This document shows, one piece after another, positions 57,871 through 64,000 of a stretch of DNA of 64,000 bases (positions are counted from its first letter, which is position 1; every line of letters starts with the position of its first letter). The DNA lies in the sequence record MZ779063.1; one strand, written 5' to 3'. Origin of the DNA: Staphylococcus phage vB_SauM-UFV_DC4. The position numbers and the translations under genes were made by a program. The notes beneath the pieces are model-generated. The model worked only from the letters and a program-made list of their open reading frames with translations, did no database searches and was not told the DNA's origin.

Positions 57871-59796
57871 TTAACCATTAATAATTTTAAAAATATTTTC
57901 GTTTAATAAATCTCTTTCTAATCTACTTTCTTCAGAAAGTTTTTCCATTAATTCTTCTTCTGTATATTTATCAAAAGATACAGAATTATATCCATTAATA
58001 GAAATAGAAGATTCATTAACTTGAATTGATTTATTTACATTTAGATCATTAATGCTTTCTTCTAAGAATTTTTTAAGGCGTGTTTCATCTTTATTAGGTA
58101 CATTTTCATAAGCTTCAAACACTATATCTTCATAGTATTCTTCTAATGATTCTTCAAAACCTTCATAAAGTGAATCATCTTTATTTTTTAATTGGAAATT
58201 AATATTTTCTTCTAGTAATTCTAAATTAACTTCTTCAGATAATCTTTCTTTAACATCTTCGTTAACTTCATCTAAAGGATTAAGATAGTTTTCTAATAAA
58301 CCTGATTCTGATTCATTATTAACACGTTGAATTGTATTCATATTGAATTCTTTTTCTAAGTTTTCTAAAGTTATTTCATTATCTGTATAAAATTCTTTAA
58401 GAACTTTATTTACTTTAGGTTCAACTACAATAACTTTCTTAAATCCTAAACCGAAATCAACTTTATCAACTAATAATGAAGAAGGATTATATACTTTAGG
58501 AACTTCATCCATATAAGATTCTTTACTAATAACGATATCAACACGTTTACCTAAAGATTCAGATAAAGCATTTGTATATCTAATTAAGTCTTTAATTGTG
58601 TAAGTTTCATTAACTTCTTCTTCATTAATAACTTTAGTTTTAAATTCAATATCAGTAGATCCACAATTTTCACATACTAATTCTTCTTCATTAACGTTAG
58701 GATCAACTGTTTCTTGAACTCCACATTCGTTACAAATTACTTCTCCAACTTCTTTAGAAGTTTTTAAAGCTTCTTCAAGTTCTCCATTACAATTTTCACA
58801 TACTAATTCATTTGATTCATTCATTGTTAGATTGCTTCCACAATTTTCACAAACAGCTTTTCCATTTTCAATTTTACCAGTTTCACTTAAAATACGTCTA
58901 ACAGTTTCAATTGATTCATTAGTAACAAAAATTTGTTTTTCATTTTCGTTCTCTAATTTAAATGTATTTAATAGAGTTTCATGAATTTTCTCTGCATGAT
59001 TTTTAAATGATTTAACTACAGCAAAATCAGAATCTTCTCTCATATATACGTATGGGAAAGCTTGATTATTTTTATCATCAACATAATTTTCATTAGCAAT
59101 TATATTTTGTTTTTCAGTATTAACTTCTTTAGATTCTGGAGTACCTATAGCATATCCTACTTCAGCAGGAGTGTCTAATATTCCATTTTTTAAATCTACA
59201 AAAGTAAATTCAGGAACTGGATCTTTATCGTATAAATAAGTTTCAGTAACTGCTCCTCCAACACTTGGAGAACCATTTGCAGCAGACAAACCTCCATCAC
59301 TAACAGAACTTGCATTGGTATTTGCATTAGAAGTACTTACTGAATAAGTCGCATGTGGACCAAAAGTAGTAGGAACCATCATTTGAGAATCTAAGAATTT
59401 AGCTCTTAATTCAGAATATCCTGGTTGTTTCTTATCTTCATCATCGTCTTCTTTTTCATCTTCGAATAAATAATCTTCTTCAACAGAAATTTCAGGATCT
59501 GAATTAGCTACATCAGTAATGATAACTTCATCTTTATCAGCCACGATTGGTTGATCGTAATCAGGATGATCCGAATCAATTACTTGAACATCATCTTCAT
59601 CTTCAGCATCTTCAATTTCATCAAGATCATCAGATTCCTCATCATCAATTTCTTCTTCATCTTCATTAATTATTTCGTTAAACATTTCTTCTAATTCTTC
59701 ATCATCTTCAGGAATGTCACGTTTTAATTCTTCATTTTCATCATCATTTAAATCATCTTCAAATAATAACATATCATTTTTATTTTCTTCAGACAT
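57871..59796 (-). CDS. acidic protein with paired zinc-ribbon motifs
   Basis: strongly acidic N-terminus; CENCGSN...VCENCNG and CNECG...VCENCGS CxxC...CxxC pairs. Confidence 0.5.
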   Translation of the reverse strand: MSEENKNDMLLFEDDLNDDENEELKRDIPEDDEELEEMFNEIINEDEEEIDDEESDDLDEIEDAEDEDDVQVIDSDHPDYDQPIVADKDEVIITDVANSDPEISVEEDYLFEDEKEDDDEDKKQPGYSELRAKFLDSQMMVPTTFGPHATYSVSTSNANTNASSVSDGGLSAANGSPSVGGAVTETYLYDKDPVPEFTFVDLKNGILDTPAEVGYAIGTPESKEVNTEKQNIIANENYVDDKNNQAFPYVYMREDSDFAVVKSFKNHAEKIHETLLNTFKLENENEKQIFVTNESIETVRRILSETGKIENGKAVCENCGSNLTMNESNELVCENCNGELEEALKTSKEVGEVICNECGVQETVDPNVNEEELVCENCGSTDIEFKTKVINEEEVNETYTIKDLIRYTNALSESLGKRVDIVISKESYMDEVPKVYNPSSLLVDKVDFGLGFKKVIVVEPKVNKVLKEFYTDNEITLENLEKEFNMNTIQRVNNESESGLLENYLNPLDEVNEDVKERLSEEVNLELLEENINFQLKNKDDSLYEGFEESLEEYYEDIVFEAYENVPNKDETRLKKFLEESINDLNVNKSIQVNESSISINGYNSVSFDKYTEEELMEKLSEESRLERDLLNENIFKIING

Positions 59797-59816
59797 TTTT
59801 AAATATCCTCCTTAAA

Positions 59817-61085
59817 TTATTTTCTAAAAGTTCCTTCAATACTATCTTTAATAATAAATAATATACATGGAAGTAATACATAATCTTCCATATTCATATC
59901 ATATTTATCATCATAGTAATTAAACACTTTACTTAATATTTTTTCTTCTATCTTTTCATCATTCATATACATTGAGACTAATTTATATCTATCATCAAAG
60001 TAAGTTAAACTTTTAGTGCCTTGATAGTCTTCATTAACTTCATTGATCTTAGTTAAATTACTTAACTCTATAAAATCATTTAATCCATCTAATACTTTAG
60101 TATCTTCTATACTTTTATGAACGAAGCTTATTTCTTTATACTTCTCTCTAAACATTTTTAAGAAATTATCCTTAGTGTCGTTAAGAGTAATAACATTAGG
60201 TAAAGTCTTTTTATCCTTTAATTTTTCATATAGAGAGAATTTATAATTCTTTTGATTTATTCTTTCATTCTTAGGATTTTTATCTTTATAAGGTAATATA
60301 TTAGAAAGATAAGTACTAGATTTTACTAATAGATTATTGTCATAAATAAATCTGGATAAATTCAAATCAATATATTTAGTTGATGCGACTGCACTAAATT
60401 CATCTTCATAGTAAATAAAAGTATTTAATGAAGAATTATAGAAATGATCAATAAATATTTGTGAAAATTCATCAGCGTATTTAATGCTATGATTGACTTG
60501 ATAGAAATCTTCTTCTAGTATCAATGATTTATTATCTGTTCCAATATTGGAAAATACTGTTCTATATACGTTTGATACCTGATTTTCAATATCTTCTGTA
60601 TTAACATTAAAATTCTGATATTGTATTTTATAGTAAGCGGAATTCTCTAATGAACTCATTTCTACATTAGTTACACGATATATTCTACTAGTTGCATTTT
60701 CTTTAGACTGATATTGAAATACAATAAAATCATCTGGTAAAGGTTCAATAGTACCTGGCAATATAACTGCTTCAGATTCTAAATCTTTTTCAGTTCCCCA
60801 TTCCTCATCCCATTCAATTGTAGGATTCATTTCAGCTACATTATATAAAGGGAAGTCTTTTAATTTATTATATTTCAAAGGAGAATTATCTCCAATAATT
60901 TCTTCAACATTATCTAGTGAACGATCAGAAGTAGATTTCTCATGATCTTTACTATAGTATGTAACAAAACTAGGAGCTCCTGCTTGAAACTTACTATATT
61001 TTTCTGTACCGGATAAATATGAGGATACGTAACTATTTACAATATCTTTTGGTTGTAATTCATCATTTGATATAAATGTACCCAT
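59817..61085 (-). CDS. hypothetical protein (422 aa), possibly structural
   Basis: ORF with AGGAG-like RBS. Confidence 0.5.
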   Translation of the reverse strand: MGTFISNDELQPKDIVNSYVSSYLSGTEKYSKFQAGAPSFVTYYSKDHEKSTSDRSLDNVEEIIGDNSPLKYNKLKDFPLYNVAEMNPTIEWDEEWGTEKDLESEAVILPGTIEPLPDDFIVFQYQSKENATSRIYRVTNVEMSSLENSAYYKIQYQNFNVNTEDIENQVSNVYRTVFSNIGTDNKSLILEEDFYQVNHSIKYADEFSQIFIDHFYNSSLNTFIYYEDEFSAVASTKYIDLNLSRFIYDNNLLVKSSTYLSNILPYKDKNPKNERINQKNYKFSLYEKLKDKKTLPNVITLNDTKDNFLKMFREKYKEISFVHKSIEDTKVLDGLNDFIELSNLTKINEVNEDYQGTKSLTYFDDRYKLVSMYMNDEKIEEKILSKVFNYYDDKYDMNMEDYVLLPCILFIIKDSIEGTFRK

Positions 61086-61163
61086 ATATTCTCATTATCC
61101 TCACTTTCTTTATTAAATTTCGTATATGGTATTGTTATCTTTGAATTTTGTTTTAATATAATA

Positions 61164-61202
61164 ATCCCAATACCTTAATATTATATTAATAGGTATTGGG
61201 AT
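61164..61202. terminator. conserved hairpin ATCCCAATACCTTAAT...ATTAATAGGTATTGGGAT (copy 3)
   Basis: same stem sequence as copies at 15822 and 29008. Confidence 0.5.
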
Positions 61203-61220
61203 AAAATATTTTATAAAAAA

Positions 61221-61730
61221 TTAAAGACCAAATTCTTTATCTAAAGATTCTTCTAAAGAACTAATATCTTCATTAGTTTGTTCTTCTTCTTTAACAGCTT
61301 CAAATAAGCTAAATAAAGCTTCTTCAACAGGACTTACAACTGAATCAATTTTATTTTCCATAGCTTCATTTAATTTAGTAGGTAATTTTTTGAATAGAGC
61401 GATGTATTTCTTTTCATTATTTCTAGCCCAGGCTTCTGCTTTTTTAGGACTTTGGAAAGCACATACTCGAATAAAACGATTTAAAATAGATGTTTTACCT
61501 TTAGCATCAATTACTCTGTAAGTAAATATAACTGTTCCATCTTCATGAGCATCTAAAGCAAATTCATTTTCATCAAATTTTTTACCTTTAGCGATAACTT
61601 TAGCTTTCTTTTTAGTAGCACGTGCTATGAATTTTTCCTCTGTATCTTTATCAGAAGGGTTTACCATTTTTCTTAATGTATCCTTCACATTAGCTTCATT
61701 TAATAATGTTTCTTGTAAAAAATCTTCCAT
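61221..61730 (-). CDS. hypothetical protein, paralog of 61772-62332 (C-terminal ...LEESLDKEFGL)
   Basis: shares AEAWARNNEKKYIALFKKLP / KEAQKWVQSNGNKFVSIFKKAP and the LEESLDKEFGL motif. Confidence 0.5.
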   Translation of the reverse strand: MEDFLQETLLNEANVKDTLRKMVNPSDKDTEEKFIARATKKKAKVIAKGKKFDENEFALDAHEDGTVIFTYRVIDAKGKTSILNRFIRVCAFQSPKKAEAWARNNEKKYIALFKKLPTKLNEAMENKIDSVVSPVEEALFSLFEAVKEEEQTNEDISSLEESLDKEFGL

Positions 61731-61771
61731 AATTATAATTCCTACTTTCGTAATTTATTTTTCTATATAAT

Positions 61772-62332
61772 TTAGTTTAATTTAAATTCCTCATCTAATA
61801 TTTTTTCTAAATTTTCAATAACTTTATCATCTTCATCAATTTCAGGTTTCTTATCAGGAGCTTTCTTGAAGATAGATACAAATTTATTTCCATTACTTTG
61901 AACCCATTTTTGTGCTTCTTTGAAACGATCTGCAACTATTCCAATAGGTATTCTTCGAATTTTATCTTTACCTTTATATTTAACAGGTACTTCTAAAGCA
62001 GCGTTTTTACCACCAGTACGTTTGGCCACTACTACAATATTGCTTGAATCAATTCTAATACCATTACTTTTAGCTTTTATTTTAAAATTCATACAAGCTT
62101 TAGCAAAATCCGCTTCAAGCGTATCAGGTTCAACAATTCCTTCTTGAACTGCAATATCCGAAGTATTACCGCAATCTTCACATACTAATTGACCTGATTC
62201 ATTTGGAGACATTTTAGAACCACATTCTTCACAAATAGGCTCTTCTTTATCAGTATCAATATCACGATTTAATTCTTCATTAACTAAACCAAATTCTTTA
62301 TCTAAAGATTCTTCTAAAGATTTAAAATCCAT
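61772..62332 (-). CDS. zinc-ribbon protein, paralog of 61221-61730 and related to 57871-59796
   Basis: N-terminal MDFKSLEESLDKEFGL; CEECGSKMSPNESGQLVCEDCG zinc ribbon. Confidence 0.5.
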   Translation of the reverse strand: MDFKSLEESLDKEFGLVNEELNRDIDTDKEEPICEECGSKMSPNESGQLVCEDCGNTSDIAVQEGIVEPDTLEADFAKACMNFKIKAKSNGIRIDSSNIVVVAKRTGGKNAALEVPVKYKGKDKIRRIPIGIVADRFKEAQKWVQSNGNKFVSIFKKAPDKKPEIDEDDKVIENLEKILDEEFKLN

Positions 62333-62428
62333 TATATTTTCCTCATTTCTATTTATATTTATTAATATTAATGTGTTATCTTAAATAAATTGCCCTAATG
62401 ACAATTTTTATCATTAGGACAATTAAAA

Positions 62429-63943
62429 TTATAGCATATCTTTTACTTTACGTTTTAATTCTATTAAAGCTTTATTAGTTGCCAACATTAAATAAATATC
62501 AGTAGTCATACGAGATACGATACTTAATGGAGAGAATATAGCTTCGATTTCTTCGTCAGGTCTATATTCTGCATAAGGAGATTCATTAGGAGGAGTAACA
62601 TCAGCAATAACTGTTTTACATGCTCCATAGAAACTAATCTTATCACCGATACTCATATCATCTTCATATTCTGTGAAAATTTCAATAAGTACTCCATCCA
62701 CTTTTTCACCTTTAATTTTCTCACTATTAATTTTCTCTACAGCTGGAATATCTACATCTAAACCAGGTAATGTAGATTTATTATCTTTAACTGCATTTTT
62801 GTATTCTCTATATTTACTCTTAGATTTATTAATATAACCATTAACTAATTTAGCTAATGTAGGAGACATATTTTCAATATCATCATTATAATAGATATTT
62901 ACTTTTTTAATTTCTCCAGTATATTTAGATCTAACAGCTCTATTAGAAATATCTTGTATTTCTTGTTCAAATTCAGAACCGATTTTATCTAATAAAGAAC
63001 CAATACCTTCATCATCAAATGAATTCTCAAATATCATTAATGGATCTCCTGTACGTACATTTTGACCTTCCTTAACAATATATTGAATATTTGTATTAGA
63101 AGCTAAATTAACTGTTTTCTTCATAGTAACTTTAGTTGACATTGCTTCAGACATACTGTTAGAAATAATAGAACTATCTTCGTACGTGCCATAGCTTGAA
63201 GCAACTGCAACTTTAGATAATTTACCAGCAGCAAATTGAATATCATTATTACTGCCAGATCCTGCAAAGTAACTATCATTTTTAGCCAATACTTGTCCTT
63301 TATTAAATTTCTTACCTACTTCAAATTGTGGGGTAAGTTTATTATTTTGATAGAAACCGCCATTAGAGTTTTTAGCAAGTTTTTCAGATATATCAATTAC
63401 ATCTTTATCCCCATTAATGTATTCAACAAGCATTAATCCTGTTTTCTCATTGATAGAAGTTACTTTCCCATCTTCTTTAGCTTTAAATGCAAAAGTATCT
63501 GAAATTTGATACGCTAAAGATTTATCTACACCAGATCCAACTAATGGACGATCATTTGTTTTAGTAGCGATTAAATGCTTAGCCTGAGTTCCTGTCATTC
63601 CTATACGAGGTGAATCTGCATGTCTACTAGTATATGGGTTTAATAATTCTAATGGAGTGTATAAAGCTGTATCACTTACATCTTTCTTACTACCATCAGT
63701 ATATCCACGAGTAGATTTAATCTGTGTATCATATGAAAGTTGTCTAACTATACCTACCTTATTACTGTCAGGTGTGCTTATTCCTAATATACCTTGCATA
63801 CTTTCGTCATAAGAACGAATATCAGGTTCATATGATTGTTCAGAGTTACGTCCAGCAGGACCTTTAAACGTAACAGAAGTCATCTTATCTATTTCTAAGT
63901 TAGGGTTTAAATCAGATACTTCATCTACTGTAGGTTGTTCCAT
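62429..63943 (-). CDS. RNA polymerase beta-subunit homolog, middle fragment
   Basis: GISTPDSNKVGIVRQLS vs the beta CPIETPEGPNIGLINSLS; RPLVGSGVDKSLAYQISD vs KPLVGTGMERAVAVDSG; lacks the GRHGNKG / GGQRFGEME C-terminal motifs, so beta is split here too. Confidence 0.6.
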   Translation of the reverse strand: MEQPTVDEVSDLNPNLEIDKMTSVTFKGPAGRNSEQSYEPDIRSYDESMQGILGISTPDSNKVGIVRQLSYDTQIKSTRGYTDGSKKDVSDTALYTPLELLNPYTSRHADSPRIGMTGTQAKHLIATKTNDRPLVGSGVDKSLAYQISDTFAFKAKEDGKVTSINEKTGLMLVEYINGDKDVIDISEKLAKNSNGGFYQNNKLTPQFEVGKKFNKGQVLAKNDSYFAGSGSNNDIQFAAGKLSKVAVASSYGTYEDSSIISNSMSEAMSTKVTMKKTVNLASNTNIQYIVKEGQNVRTGDPLMIFENSFDDEGIGSLLDKIGSEFEQEIQDISNRAVRSKYTGEIKKVNIYYNDDIENMSPTLAKLVNGYINKSKSKYREYKNAVKDNKSTLPGLDVDIPAVEKINSEKIKGEKVDGVLIEIFTEYEDDMSIGDKISFYGACKTVIADVTPPNESPYAEYRPDEEIEAIFSPLSIVSRMTTDIYLMLATNKALIELKRKVKDML

Positions 63944-64000
63944 AATAGTTTTAATTAATTGATCTTGTTTAACTGAAATATTCTTAGGATTTTTATTATT

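Noticed and set aside
1-64000. Search for tRNA genes, integrase/recombinase, transposase and CRISPR arrays
   Set aside because: The intergenic gaps are short (mostly under 150 nt) and AT-rich, with no cloverleaf-capable GC-rich segments. No ORF shows tyrosine or serine recombinase or DDE motifs. The only regular repeats are coding repeats.

Overview
This is a very AT-rich window (roughly 25-30% GC by eye), densely coding and with no rRNA, tRNA, CRISPR or integrase/transposase signal. It reads as a slice of a large virulent phage of a low-GC Gram-positive host, most likely Staphylococcus. The host call rests on two separate endolysin genes: a CHAP-type with QC/His catalytic motifs and an Amidase_2-type, each ending in a staphylococcal-type SH3b(SH3_5) wall-binding domain.

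The phage carries pieces of its own multisubunit RNA polymerase:
- a beta-prime N-terminal-like ORF with the GADFDGD Mg-binding motif (19699-21210)
- a beta-prime C-terminal-like ORF with the CxxCYG...GxxAxxxxxEPxTQ region (42399-44312)
- a beta-subunit middle fragment with the ...ETPEG...G(L/I)... motif (62429-63943, minus strand)
- a possible very divergent beta C-terminal-like ORF (39836-42298)
This resembles the split RNAPs of PBS1/AR9-type jumbo phages.

Other replication and housekeeping genes on the plus strand:
- a family-B DNA polymerase split into two distant ORFs placed in inverted order
- an SbcC/Rad50-like ATPase
- a Dda/RecD-like SF1 helicase and a DEAH-box SF2 helicase
- a MoxR-type AAA+ ATPase next to a HExxH plus VWA(MIDAS) protein
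- an SSB-like protein
- a HAD-type nucleotidase candidate

The minus-strand block at 51-64 kb carries a structural protein with three Big_2 repeats, a collagen-like beta-helix tail fibre, the two endolysins and zinc-ribbon paralogs.

The most unusual content is a set of about 25 otherwise divergent ORFs that all end in the same C-terminal tail, consensus F-x-E-I-T-D-E-K-E-I-K-K-Y-L-V-K-K-N-F-K followed by the stop codon. They lie in three tandem arrays (13.8-15.8 kb, 21.8-27.5 kb, 29.1-33.9 kb), with further tailed mini-ORFs at 1.4-3.4 kb and 36.7 kb. I read this as a candidate tagged effector or sorting system that has not been described.

Two recurring non-coding elements also stand out. An AAATATATATTATAAAAATG promoter-like box occurs only on the plus strand and is usually followed directly by a hairpin in the 5' leader. 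A conserved ATCCCAATAC...GTATTGGGAT hairpin recurs at three sites.
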